In this document: positions 19,285 through 33,012 of the stretch, piece by piece
Numbering within the stretch: position 1 is the first letter of the stretch
Layout of the letters: every line of letters starts with the position of its first letter
NCBI GenBank assembly: GCA_024235875.1
Contig: JACKLP010000005.1
Location: 26,155-90,154, forward strand
Direction: 5' to 3'
Length of the DNA: 64,000 nt
Source of the DNA: Burkholderiaceae bacterium
GTDB lineage: Bacteria; Pseudomonadota; Gammaproteobacteria; Burkholderiales; Burkholderiaceae_E
The notes under the pieces: generated by a model
Database searches by the model: none
What the model saw: the letters and a program-made list of their open reading frames with translations, nothing else
Told to the model about the DNA's origin: nothing
Position numbers and translations under genes: made by a program

Positions 19285-19995
19285 ATGGAAAAGAACATTC
19301 TCGTGGTCGAGGACCAGGCCGACATCGCGGAGCTGATATCGCTGCATCTTCGCGACCTGGGTCATCGGGTCGAGGTCGTCCATGACGGCCAGTCCGGATT
19401 CGAGCGGGCCTCGTCGGGTGAACACGCGCTCGTGGTGCTCGACGTGATGCTTCCCGGGCGCGACGGCATGGACATCGTGCGTGCGCTGCGAATGGCTCGC
19501 AGCCCCGTGCCCGTGCTCATGCTCACGGCTCGATCGACCGAAATCGATCGCGTCCTGGGCCTGGAGCTCGGCGCCGACGACTACCTGACCAAGCCGTTCT
19601 CGGTCCCCGAACTGCAGGCACGGGTGAAGGCCTTGTTGCGCCGTGCCGAACTGCGCGCGACCGCGGTCGAGCCCGACAGCCGCGAGCGCATCCGTATCGG
19701 TGAACTCCGCATCGATACGGCATCCAGAGAGGTGCATATGGGAGCCGAATCCGTGCCGCTGACCGCCAAGGAATTCGATCTGCTGGTGCATTTCGCGCGC
19801 AATCCAGGGCGCGCGTTCACGCGAATGCAGCTCCTCGATGCGGTCTGGGGGACCACATTCGAAGGCTATGAACACAACGTCAACACCCACATCAATCGGC
19901 TCAGGGCCAAGATCGAGTCAGACCCGGCGCAACCGCGCTACGTCCTGACGGTTCGCGGCGTGGGCTATCGGTTCACCGAGGAGCGCAGTGCATGA
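19285..19995 (+). CDS. OmpR-family response regulator
   Basis: REC domain (ILVVEDQADI...LDVMLPGRDG...LTA) plus winged helix (LTAKEFDLL...VRGVGYRF). Confidence 0.95.
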   Translation: MEKNILVVEDQADIAELISLHLRDLGHRVEVVHDGQSGFERASSGEHALVVLDVMLPGRDGMDIVRALRMARSPVPVLMLTARSTEIDRVLGLELGADDYLTKPFSVPELQARVKALLRRAELRATAVEPDSRERIRIGELRIDTASREVHMGAESVPLTAKEFDLLVHFARNPGRAFTRMQLLDAVWGTTFEGYEHNVNTHINRLRAKIESDPAQPRYVLTVRGVGYRFTEERSA

Positions 19996-21491
19996 AGTCG
20001 TTGCGCGCCCGCGTCCTGATGCTCTTGAGCGCGTTCGCGCTCGTCACGTCGGCGGCACTCGTCTATGTGATGTACCAGGCGGTCACCGGCTTCTACGCCG
20101 AGGTCCGATACACCCGCTCGGTCGAGTTCGCGCGCCGCATCCTCGCAATGCATCCGGATGTCTGGGCCGAATACGAGACCGATCCGAGCCGGTTCGGCGC
20201 CCGGCTCCACCAATATGTCTTCTACTCGCCGAATACGGGCTTGTACCTGCTCGACGACCAGGGCCGCGTGCTCGCCTCGGCCGGCGAGTCGCGCCCCTAC
20301 TGGAACGACTACCGGGTCGACCTGACGCCGGTTCGCGAGGCCCGGCAGGCGGGCTCGATGGCGCCGATCTACGGAGACGATCCCGACATCAATGGCCAGC
20401 ACTGCCTGGTCGCGGCTGTCCCGATCGAGGTTGGCGGCGCGACCCAGGGCTGGCTCTATGTCGTTCCTCGACTGGGAGAGCTGACCGCTCATGCGTCCGA
20501 GATCTTCGCGGGCTATGCAACCAGTGCCGCACTCAAGGCGGGGCTCATCACCCTGGCTGCGAGCGTCTTGCTGACGCTGGCCGTGATCGCGCTGCTCACC
20601 CGCCCCCTGACCGCCCTGACTCGGGTCGTGTCGCGAATCAAGGAGTCGGGTTTCGCCGGTGATGTCGCCGTCCCGAAAACCGACCCGGTCTGCGAATCGG
20701 ACTTCAGCTACTGCAATCGGACCGACGAAATCGGCCGGCTCAGCGAGGCCTTCCGGGAGATGTTCGCGCGACTCAAGCAGGAGATGCAACGGGTGACCGA
20801 CTCCGACGCCAGGCGCCGCGAGATGGTGGCCAGTGTGTCGCATGATCTGCGCACGCCCCTGACCGCCCTCATCGGCCAGCTCGAGACGATGGGAATCAAG
20901 GGTGAGTCCATGTCGGCGGCAGACCGGGCCGGCTTTGGCGAGCGCGCGCTGCAAAACGCCCTGCACCTGAAAAGGCTGACCGACTCGCTGGCCGAACTCG
21001 CCAAGATCGACAGCCCCGGCTTTCAGGCCGAACCCGAACCCATGGCGCTCGGTGAACTGGTCGACGACGTGGTGCAGCGGTTTGCCAGCCGGGCGGAGTC
21101 GCAGGGAGTCACGCTGCGAGTCGAGTACCCGGACGGCTTGCCGCTGACTGCGATCGATGCGGCGCTGATCGAGCGGGCAGTCGTGAACCTGCTCGACAAC
21201 GCGCTGCGCGTATCTCCGGCCGGCGGGCGTATCGCAGTTGAAGTTCATCGCGAGGAAGGCGCGCTGCGGGTCTCGGTGTCGGATTCCGGGCCCGGGGTCG
21301 CAACCGATGAGCAGGCCCTTGTGTTCGAGCGCTTCTATCAGGCCAATCGGCACCGCGACACCCGGGGGAGTTCAGGCCTGGGTCTGGCCATCGTTCGCCG
21401 GGTGGCAGAGCTCCACGGGGGACGCGCCGGGCTGACAAGCGAGCCGGGCCACGGCGCCACCTTCTTCATCGACCTGCCACTACCTGCCTGA
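19992..21491 (+). CDS. Sensor histidine kinase (two TM helices, HAMP, HisKA, HATPase_c)
   Basis: H-box SHDLRTPLTAL, N-box NLLDNALR and G-boxes DSGPGV / GLGLAI. There is a 4-nt overlap with the regulator gene. Confidence 0.9.
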   Translation: MKSLRARVLMLLSAFALVTSAALVYVMYQAVTGFYAEVRYTRSVEFARRILAMHPDVWAEYETDPSRFGARLHQYVFYSPNTGLYLLDDQGRVLASAGESRPYWNDYRVDLTPVREARQAGSMAPIYGDDPDINGQHCLVAAVPIEVGGATQGWLYVVPRLGELTAHASEIFAGYATSAALKAGLITLAASVLLTLAVIALLTRPLTALTRVVSRIKESGFAGDVAVPKTDPVCESDFSYCNRTDEIGRLSEAFREMFARLKQEMQRVTDSDARRREMVASVSHDLRTPLTALIGQLETMGIKGESMSAADRAGFGERALQNALHLKRLTDSLAELAKIDSPGFQAEPEPMALGELVDDVVQRFASRAESQGVTLRVEYPDGLPLTAIDAALIERAVVNLLDNALRVSPAGGRIAVEVHREEGALRVSVSDSGPGVATDEQALVFERFYQANRHRDTRGSSGLGLAIVRRVAELHGGRAGLTSEPGHGATFFIDLPLPA

Positions 21492-21620
21492 ATCGGATCG
21501 CGTACGGGACGTGGAACCCTGCGCCCGGCGGCGATACACTGCGACAGCAGCTGAATTTCCTCGACCCTGGCGGGATGCGGGTTGGACGCCATTCGGAACT
21601 CGATACCGGTTGTGAACGCG

Positions 21621-25847
<4,227 letters not shown>

Positions 25848-25865
25848 TAAACTCGGCCCCCTTTC

Positions 25866-27095
25866 ATGGAGGCCTCGATGAGCGCAAGCCAAGCAGCAGT
25901 TTCCCGGCGCGCGGGCAAACTCGGAACCGAGAACGCGTTCGTCGTCCTCGCGGAGGTGTCGGAGTTGGCCCGCCAGGGCCAGGACATCGTCTCGTTCTGC
26001 ATCGGCCAACCCGACTTCCCGGCCCCGGAGCATGTGCAGCAGGCCGGCATCGACGCGATCCGAGGTGGCCGGCATGGCTACACGCCAAGTGCAGGCATTC
26101 CCGAGCTGCGCGAAGCCGCTGCCCGCTACATGGGTCGCATGCGCGATCTGACGATCGCGCCCGACGAGGTCGTGGTCGGGGCGGGCGCCAAGCCGTTCAT
26201 CGCCTACGCGATCATGTCGACGACCGACCATGGCGCTGGCGACGAGGTGATCTATCCCGTCCCGGGATTCCCGATCTACGAGTCGCAGATCGTGGCCTCG
26301 GGCGCCAAGCCGGTGCCCCTCTATTTGCGCGAATCCCGGGCGTTCGCATTCGATCCGAACGAGCTCGAGGACCTGATCACCGACCGCACTCGCCTGCTGA
26401 TCCTGAACTCGCCCCAGAACCCGACCGGTGGAATCCTGGGCCGATCGGACCTGGAGGCGATTGCCGACATCATGCGCCGCCATCCGCAGGTCTGGATCTA
26501 CGCCGACGAGATCTATTCGCGCCTGGTTTTCGAGGGCGGCTTCGAATCGATCGCCTCGCTGCCCGACATGCGGGCCCGGACGATCATCTCGGACGGCTGC
26601 TCCAAGACCTGGGCCATGACCGGCTGGCGCATCGGCTTTGTGGCGAACGAGGCCCTTGCGCCGATCTTCACGCGCTGGGTCACCAACACGGACTCCTGCG
26701 CCTCGCACATTTCCCAGTGGGCGGCGGTCGCGGCGATCGACGGGCCTCAGGACGAGGCCGAGTCCATGCGGGCCAAGTTTCTGGAGCGTCGCGACCTCAT
26801 CGTCGCACGGCTAAACGAGATTCCCGGCTTTCGCTGCCAGGCGTCGGGGGGCGCGTTCTACGCCTGGCCGAACGTGACCGAGGCATGCCAGATCATCGGT
26901 TGCAGTGATTCCGAGGCCTTCCGAAAGCGCCTGCTCCACGAGGCCGGCGTCGCCGTGCTCGCCGACATCCACTTCGGCGAGCGGGTTCCCGGCGATGGCC
27001 AGCACATCCGATTCAGCTATGCGACGTCGAACGAGAGCATCATCGAGGGCGTAGAGCGGATCGCCCGATTCATGCGCCAGGCCCGGGGCGGCTGA
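25866..27095 (+). CDS. Class I/II pyridoxal-phosphate aminotransferase (aspartate/aromatic type)
   Basis: LNSPQNPTGG, and PLP-lysine context SDGCSKTWAMTGWRIGF. It starts 18 nt after the kinase stop. Confidence 0.9.
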   Translation: MEASMSASQAAVSRRAGKLGTENAFVVLAEVSELARQGQDIVSFCIGQPDFPAPEHVQQAGIDAIRGGRHGYTPSAGIPELREAAARYMGRMRDLTIAPDEVVVGAGAKPFIAYAIMSTTDHGAGDEVIYPVPGFPIYESQIVASGAKPVPLYLRESRAFAFDPNELEDLITDRTRLLILNSPQNPTGGILGRSDLEAIADIMRRHPQVWIYADEIYSRLVFEGGFESIASLPDMRARTIISDGCSKTWAMTGWRIGFVANEALAPIFTRWVTNTDSCASHISQWAAVAAIDGPQDEAESMRAKFLERRDLIVARLNEIPGFRCQASGGAFYAWPNVTEACQIIGCSDSEAFRKRLLHEAGVAVLADIHFGERVPGDGQHIRFSYATSNESIIEGVERIARFMRQARGG

Positions 27096-27122
27096 TCCGC
27101 TGGACCAGGACGACGCCACCCG

Positions 27123-27617
27123 TCAGGGCGTGTTGTCGTCGCGAACGATTCGGCGTGGGGTCCGGCGCACGATCGTGACCGGTTTTCGCTCGGGCGGGGC
27201 GGGCCGAGCGGCAGGCATATCGTCGTCGTAGTCGGGCGGCTCCTGCGGCAGCCGGCGGCGCTCGGGCGCTCGATCCCCCGGGCCGCGCGATGCCGCGCCC
27301 TGGCGCGGCGCGGGCCTGCGCTTCGCGCCCCGACTCACCGGCTGAACCGTGCTGACGACCTCGTGAAATACGAGAATGGACTCGCCGTTGGGCGTTTCCA
27401 GGAGAATCGCACGCTGATCGAACGACCGGATCCTCCCCGCAACGCGATGCCCGTTCACGAGGAATATCTCCATGGCACGCCGCTCCTTGCGAAAGCGGTT
27501 GAGCCACGCGAACTGGACGCGACCCGAACTATCGGGCGGCGGGATGAAGTCGGCCTGCTGCATTGCGGTAGAGGATGCCATACCCACGGTAGGCGTGTAT
27601 AGCGGTCGTTTCGCCAA
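27123..27617 (-). CDS. Hfq-like (Sm fold) RNA chaperone paralogue with N- and C-terminal extensions
   Basis: The core VQFAWLNRFRKERRAMEIFLVNGHRVAGRIRSFDQRAILLETPNGESILVFHEVVSTVQP aligns by eye to E. coli Hfq [54 protein letters not shown]. TTG 27617 lies 7 nt after a GGGAGG Shine-Dalgarno. Confidence 0.75.
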   Translation of the reverse strand: MAKRPLYTPTVGMASSTAMQQADFIPPPDSSGRVQFAWLNRFRKERRAMEIFLVNGHRVAGRIRSFDQRAILLETPNGESILVFHEVVSTVQPVSRGAKRRPAPRQGAASRGPGDRAPERRRLPQEPPDYDDDMPAARPAPPERKPVTIVRRTPRRIVRDDNTP

Positions 27618-27713
27618 TGCGACGCCTCCCGGCCCTGATCGCCCCCTCGGGGCAACACCGCAGACGCGCGCGAGCCGATTATGATTCCCGTTGGTACCAA
27701 CGAGGAGATGCCG

Positions 27714-28199
27714 ATGCCTTCATTCGATGTGGTTTGCGAAGCGGATACGGTCGAGATCCGAAACGCCGTCGACCAGGCAAACAAGGAAATCTCGAACCGG
27801 TTCGACTTCAAGGGGTCGGATTCACGAGTCGAACTGAAGGAGTTCGAGCTGACGGCGTTTGCAGACGACGACTTCAAGCTGGGGCAGGTCCGAGATGTCC
27901 TGCTGGCGAAGTGCGCCAAGCGCGGGGTCGATGTCCGCTTCCTGGACTATGGCGACGTGCAGAAGATCGGTGGTGACAAGGTCAAGCAGGCGATCACGCT
28001 GCGCAACGGCATCGCCGGCAACGACGCCAAACGGATCGTGAAACTGGTCAAGGACAGCAAGCTGAAAGTGCAGGCGGCCATCCAGGGCGACACGGTCCGG
28101 GTGACCGGGCCCAAGCGCGACGCACTTCAACAGGTGATCGCGATGCTGCGCCAGGAGGTCTCCGAGCTGCCGCTCGACTTCAACAACTTCCGCGACTGA
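27714..28199 (+). CDS. yajQ: YajQ family nucleotide / cyclic-di-GMP-binding protein (UPF0234)
   Basis: [35 protein letters not shown]...TGPKRDALQ. Confidence 0.9.
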   Translation: MPSFDVVCEADTVEIRNAVDQANKEISNRFDFKGSDSRVELKEFELTAFADDDFKLGQVRDVLLAKCAKRGVDVRFLDYGDVQKIGGDKVKQAITLRNGIAGNDAKRIVKLVKDSKLKVQAAIQGDTVRVTGPKRDALQQVIAMLRQEVSELPLDFNNFRD

Positions 28200-28246
28200 A
28201 TCGCAACGACACCGGCCGCCGCACAATGTGCAGGCGACCATGGTGT

Positions 28247-30511
28247 CTAGGCGCGCGGAAACGGCAAGGAGCGAAACCGGCGTCCGGTCAGGGTGAACCA
28301 GGCGTTGCCCAGCGCCGGGGCGACGACCGGCACCACCGGCTCGCCCACCCCGGCTGGGGGACGCTCGCTCGGCACGATCAGCGTCTCTACGTGCGGGGCC
28401 TGGGCCATCCGCAGGGCGGGCTGGTCGGGAAAATTCGATTGCGCGACCCGCCCGTCGACGATGTCGATCCGTCCATGCAAGGCCGCGGTCAACCCGAACA
28501 CCACGCTTCCCTCGACCTGTTGGGCGACGATGCCGGGATTGACGACCGTCCCACAGTCGATCGCGCAGACGACATGGTGAAGTCGCGGACGCTGGTCGAG
28601 CGCCGACACTTCGACCACCATTGCAACGATCGTGCCGAACGACTCGTGCAGCGCCAAGCCGCGGGCACGACCTGGCGCCGGATCGCTACCCCACCCCGCC
28701 CGGGCCGCGGCCGTCTCGAGCACCCGGCGATGGCGAGTCGCTGGGGCGAGCAATTCGAGCCGATATTCGAGCGGATCGGCGCCCGCCGCGGCCGCCAGCT
28801 CGTCGATGAAGCACTCGATGAAGAAGGCATTGTGCGAATGACCGACGGAGCGCCAGAACCCGATCGGTATATCGCTTTCGACGATCGCATGCGCGATGCG
28901 CTGATGGGGGATATCGTAGGGCTGGTCGAACAGGCCTTCGGCGTCGGTCCGATCGGGCAAGGTGCCGCGCACGGCCGGGAACAGTCGCCGGCTGAGCTGC
29001 CGCAGGATCGAATCGCCGGCCGACAGCACGCGCAGCCCGCGCGGCCGGCGCCGTTCGTCCAGAGCGGCTTCCAGACGGGCAACCTGCGCCGGACGATAGA
29101 AATCGTGCGTGGTGTCGGTTTCGCGCGACCAGACGAGTTGAACCGGTGCGCCGTCGGCTTCCATGGCGACGCGGACCGCCTGAGCCACGTAGTCGACCTC
29201 GAGCCGCCGTCCGAAGCCGCCGCCGAGCAGCGTCGTGTGCACCGTCACGTCATCGAGGCCGACGCCGGCGACTCGCGCCGCTGCCAGACGTACCAGGTCG
29301 GCCGACTGTGCAGGTGCCCAGACCTCGACCCGCCCTGCATTGACGCGGGCGGTGGCGTTCATGGGCTCCATCGTCATGTGCGCCAGGTGCGGCGCTTCGT
29401 AGGTGGCGCTGATCACCGGACTGCCGCCCCCGAACGCATCGGAGACGCTACCGCGACGGTGAAAGGCGAAGCCGTCGGTTTCATCGAGCGTGGCGATCAG
29501 CCGGTCGCGGTGGGCCCGGCTCGATGGCGGCCGTTCACCCTCTGCCAGCCACCGCGCCTTTGCATGCGCGACGGCACGTTGGGCTTCCCATCCGCTGCGT
29601 GCGATGACGGCGAACCCTTCGGCCGAACCGAAGTTGCCCGAAAGCCTGACCACGCGTTCGACCCCCGGCTGCTCGAGGATCGAGTCGACGTCGAGCGAGC
29701 CGAGTCGGCCGCCAAGCGTGGGGCTCAGTGCCACGGCAGCGAAGCGCATGCCCGGCAGTCGAACATCGGTCCCGAAGACCGCGGTCCCATCCACCTTGGC
29801 GGGCAGGTCGGTCCGCGGTGCCGAGCGGCCGATGATCCGCCACTGAGCGCGGGCTCGCGGCTCGGCCACGATATCGGGAAGCACCGCCGCCCGCGCCGCG
29901 AACGCAGCGATTCCGGCCTGCAACCCGCCTGGCGCGCGCAAGATTCCGGCCTCGAGGGCAACCGTGCCGACGGGGACCCGCCAATGACGCGCAGCAGCCT
30001 CGCGCAACGCGTCGCGGGCGTGCGCGCCGGCGAGGCGTACCGGTTCCCAGGCATCGGCCACGCTGGTCGACCCGCCGGTGGCGATGAGTCCCAATTCGCG
30101 CCCGAGTTTCGCCGTGAGCCATTCAGCCAGCTTCACGCCCATCGGCCACTGCCCGGGCTCCAGGTCGCGCGGATGGATCGGCAAGAATCCGTGCAGCATC
30201 GCGACGTTCGCGTAGATGCGGTGCGACGGGGCCTCCAGGATCCGGATCCGATCCAATGGATGAGCGAGTTCTTCGGCCAGAAGCATCGGCAGCGCGGTAT
30301 GGACGCCTTGTCCCATCTCTGCGCGTGGCATCGCCAGCGCCACGCCGCCATCGGCATCGATCCGAATCCAGCCGTTCAAGGCAAAGCCATCGCTTGCGTC
30401 GTCGAGCACGCTGCGATCACCGAGGCGATCGCGCGGCGGCAGCAGCCCCCAGCCCACCACGAGACCCGCACCGACGCCCAGCGCCGACAACAGGAAGTGC
30501 CGGCGCTTCAT
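28247..30511 (-). CDS. Molybdopterin-binding large subunit of an aldehyde oxidase/xanthine dehydrogenase-family enzyme (IorB-like), Tat-exported
   Basis: Twin-arginine signal MKRRHFLLSALGVGAGLVVG. About 754 aa. ATGA overlap with the upstream 2Fe-2S subunit gene. The listed 968 aa ORF is an extension. Confidence 0.85.
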   Translation of the reverse strand: MKRRHFLLSALGVGAGLVVGWGLLPPRDRLGDRSVLDDASDGFALNGWIRIDADGGVALAMPRAEMGQGVHTALPMLLAEELAHPLDRIRILEAPSHRIYANVAMLHGFLPIHPRDLEPGQWPMGVKLAEWLTAKLGRELGLIATGGSTSVADAWEPVRLAGAHARDALREAAARHWRVPVGTVALEAGILRAPGGLQAGIAAFAARAAVLPDIVAEPRARAQWRIIGRSAPRTDLPAKVDGTAVFGTDVRLPGMRFAAVALSPTLGGRLGSLDVDSILEQPGVERVVRLSGNFGSAEGFAVIARSGWEAQRAVAHAKARWLAEGERPPSSRAHRDRLIATLDETDGFAFHRRGSVSDAFGGGSPVISATYEAPHLAHMTMEPMNATARVNAGRVEVWAPAQSADLVRLAAARVAGVGLDDVTVHTTLLGGGFGRRLEVDYVAQAVRVAMEADGAPVQLVWSRETDTTHDFYRPAQVARLEAALDERRRPRGLRVLSAGDSILRQLSRRLFPAVRGTLPDRTDAEGLFDQPYDIPHQRIAHAIVESDIPIGFWRSVGHSHNAFFIECFIDELAAAAGADPLEYRLELLAPATRHRRVLETAAARAGWGSDPAPGRARGLALHESFGTIVAMVVEVSALDQRPRLHHVVCAIDCGTVVNPGIVAQQVEGSVVFGLTAALHGRIDIVDGRVAQSNFPDQPALRMAQAPHVETLIVPSERPPAGVGEPVVPVVAPALGNAWFTLTGRRFRSLPFPRA

Positions 30512-31002
30512 CGATCCGACTCCCTCAGCGCTTGCGCGGCGAGGTGGATGCCTTGCCGCACGCGCTGGTAGGTTCCGCAACGGCAGATGTTCGAGATCGT
30601 GGCGTCGATGGCGTGATCGTCGGGCGACGGATTCGACAAGAGCAGGCCGGCGGCCGCCATCACCATCCCCGACTGGCAATAGCCGCATTGCGGCACCTGT
30701 ACCTGGATCCAGGCTTGCCGGACCACATCGATGGCGCGATACCGGCGCGGATCGCCGGGGTCTTCCAGACGGGCTTCGATCGTGGTGACGCTTCGGCCGG
30801 CGAGCGCGCCGACCGGCAGTACGCAACTGCGTTGCGCCTCGCCGTCGACCAGAACCGTACACGCGCCGCAGGCGGAGATTCCGCAACCATACTTCGTGCC
30901 GGTCATCGAGAGCAGATCGCGCAGCACCCAGAGCAGTGGCATGCCGGGGTCCGCCCGCACACCGACCCGACGGCCGTTGAGTTCGAGCTCGAGGGATTGC
31001 AT
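30508..31002 (-). CDS. (2Fe-2S)-binding small subunit (IorA/CoxS-like)
   Basis: GCGISACGACTV and QCGYCQSGMVM...ICRCGTYQRV are the two [2Fe-2S] cysteine clusters. Confidence 0.9.
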   Translation of the reverse strand: MQSLELELNGRRVGVRADPGMPLLWVLRDLLSMTGTKYGCGISACGACTVLVDGEAQRSCVLPVGALAGRSVTTIEARLEDPGDPRRYRAIDVVRQAWIQVQVPQCGYCQSGMVMAAAGLLLSNPSPDDHAIDATISNICRCGTYQRVRQGIHLAAQALRESDR

Positions 31003-31134
31003 CGGCGCCTCCTGGCAGACTGTTGAAACACCGGGCGTTGCCTCGCACGGGGAGCCAGGCCGGCAGCAGCCACGGCATGCCGGCGATCCATGCGATCATC
31101 GCAGGTTTTCCGCCTATCGCCAGCAGACGCGACC

Positions 31135-32406
31135 ATGTCCGACACCATCCCACCCCGGAACGAGGGGGCAGCCCACGCCGGAATTCGCAGTCCCCGCCCG
31201 CCGGGTTCGGGGCCGTTGGACGGAATCCGGGTCATCGACCTCACTTCGGTGATCATGGGTCCCTATGCTGGCCAGATCCTGGGCGATCTCGGCGCCGAGG
31301 TGATCAAGGTCGAAAGTCCCGAGGGCGACGTGATGCGTGCAGCCGGCCCGAACCGTTCGGCCGGCATGGGCCATGTCTACCTGAACGTGAACCGCAACAA
31401 GCGCAGCATCGTTCTCGATCTGAAGGACAGCGATGGGCGCGACGCACTGCTGCGCCTGGTCGAGACTGCCGACGTGCTGATCTACAACGTCCGCCCCCAG
31501 GCGATGAAGCGCCTGCGCCTGGCCTACGAGGACGTACGAGCCGTCAATCCACGGATCATCTATGCGGGCGGATTCGGATTCGGCCAGGATGGCCCCTATG
31601 CCCAACGCGCTGCGTTCGATGATCTGATGCAGGCGATGAGCGGCACGGCCGCGCTGCAGTCGATCTCGCAGGGCACCGTCGACGGCGAAGCGGCGCCACC
31701 GCGATATGTGCCGATCAACTTCTGCGACCGGGTCTCGGGTCTGCACATGCTCTATGCGGTGCTGGCCGCGCTCTACGCGCGCGAGCGCAGCGGAGAGGGC
31801 CAGGCGATCGAAGTGCCGATGTTCGAGACGATGGCGGCCTTCGTGCTCGGCGAGCACTTGGGCGGCTATACCTTCGAGCCGCGCCAGGGCCCCATGGGCT
31901 ACGCGCGGATCGTGACGCCCTACCGACGCCCCTATCGCTCGGCCGACGGCTACATCTCGGTGATGCCGTACAACGACAAGCAGTGGCGTGCATTCTTCGA
32001 CGCGATCGGATCGCCCGAGACCATGCAGGACCCGCGCTTCGCGACCCAGGAAGGGCGGGCCGCGAACATCGAGGCGGTCTATGCATACATGGAGCAGGAG
32101 ATCGCCAAGCGACCGAACCGCGAATGGGTCGAGCTGCTGACGCGCGCCGACATCGCCCACTCCCCGGTCAAGTCTCTCGAAGACCTGCACGAGGACCCGC
32201 ACCTTCAGGCAGTCGGATTCTTCGAGCCGTTCGAACACCCATCCGAAGGCGAACTGCGCCGGACCAAGATCCCGACCAAGTTCTCGGGCACACCGGCGAC
32301 CGTGCGGCGACACGCGCCCTTGCTCGGCGAACACACCGAAGAGGTCTTGCGCGAGATCGGCCTGCCCGAGGACATGGTCACCCGACTCGCCGCCCGCGTG
32401 CGCTGA
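31135..32406 (+). CDS. Family III CoA-transferase (CaiB/BaiF)
   Basis: GIRVIDLTSVIMGPYAGQILGDLGAEVIKVE... ATG 31135 was verified. Confidence 0.9.
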   Translation: MSDTIPPRNEGAAHAGIRSPRPPGSGPLDGIRVIDLTSVIMGPYAGQILGDLGAEVIKVESPEGDVMRAAGPNRSAGMGHVYLNVNRNKRSIVLDLKDSDGRDALLRLVETADVLIYNVRPQAMKRLRLAYEDVRAVNPRIIYAGGFGFGQDGPYAQRAAFDDLMQAMSGTAALQSISQGTVDGEAAPPRYVPINFCDRVSGLHMLYAVLAALYARERSGEGQAIEVPMFETMAAFVLGEHLGGYTFEPRQGPMGYARIVTPYRRPYRSADGYISVMPYNDKQWRAFFDAIGSPETMQDPRFATQEGRAANIEAVYAYMEQEIAKRPNREWVELLTRADIAHSPVKSLEDLHEDPHLQAVGFFEPFEHPSEGELRRTKIPTKFSGTPATVRRHAPLLGEHTEEVLREIGLPEDMVTRLAARVR

Positions 32407-32499
32407 CCCCGCTTGCCGCCGCCAGGCAGCGCACGGCTTGCGCCGTGTCGTGGCGGGTGCCGATGATCATCGAGCGGCCGATCGTGCCGACGCCGGGGC

Positions 32500-33003
32500 T
32501 CAGCGATGCAGGATCAGTTCTGCCTCGACCTCGACCGCGATCCCCATCGGCAATGCGGCCATGCCCACGGCCGAGCGCGCGTGGCGCCCGACATCGGGGC
32601 CGAACGCCTGGACGACCACCTCGGTGAAGCCGTTGATCACGTCGGGCTGACGATCGAAGCCGGTTGCCGAGCACACCATGCCGAACACCCGGCCCCAGCC
32701 CGCGATCCGGTCGAGATCGCCGAGTTCCCGCGCCAGGCTCGCAATCACCGCGAGCGCCGTCTTCGCGGCCAGCTCACGCGCCTGCGAGACACTGACCTGC
32801 TCGCCGACGCGACCGAATGGCCCGGCCAGCGAGCCATCGGCCTCGAGCGGCCCGTGACCCGACACGAAGACGCGGTCGCCGCGCACGCTGACCCACGGAA
32901 ACGGCAACTCGACGCCCGCGGGCAATCGCATCGGGGCAGGCAGGACCAGACCGAGCGATTCGAGCCGCTTCAGCACGCGCCCGCCAGATGGAATGGTATT
33001 CAT
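32500..33003 (-). CDS. RidA/YjgF family protein
   Basis: 167 aa. ...VFVSGHGP... and the C-terminal ...VGMAALPMGIAVEVEAE are typical of the YjgF/RidA fold. Confidence 0.75.
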   Translation of the reverse strand: MNTIPSGGRVLKRLESLGLVLPAPMRLPAGVELPFPWVSVRGDRVFVSGHGPLEADGSLAGPFGRVGEQVSVSQARELAAKTALAVIASLARELGDLDRIAGWGRVFGMVCSATGFDRQPDVINGFTEVVVQAFGPDVGRHARSAVGMAALPMGIAVEVEAELILHR

Positions 33004-33012
33004 GTCCTTACG

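Noticed and set aside
28247-31153. 968 aa ORF suggesting a fused, larger Mo-hydroxylase.
   Set aside because: The real start is ATG 30511 with a twin-arginine signal (MKRRHFLL). The upstream 210 codons overlap the separately encoded 2Fe-2S subunit in another frame.
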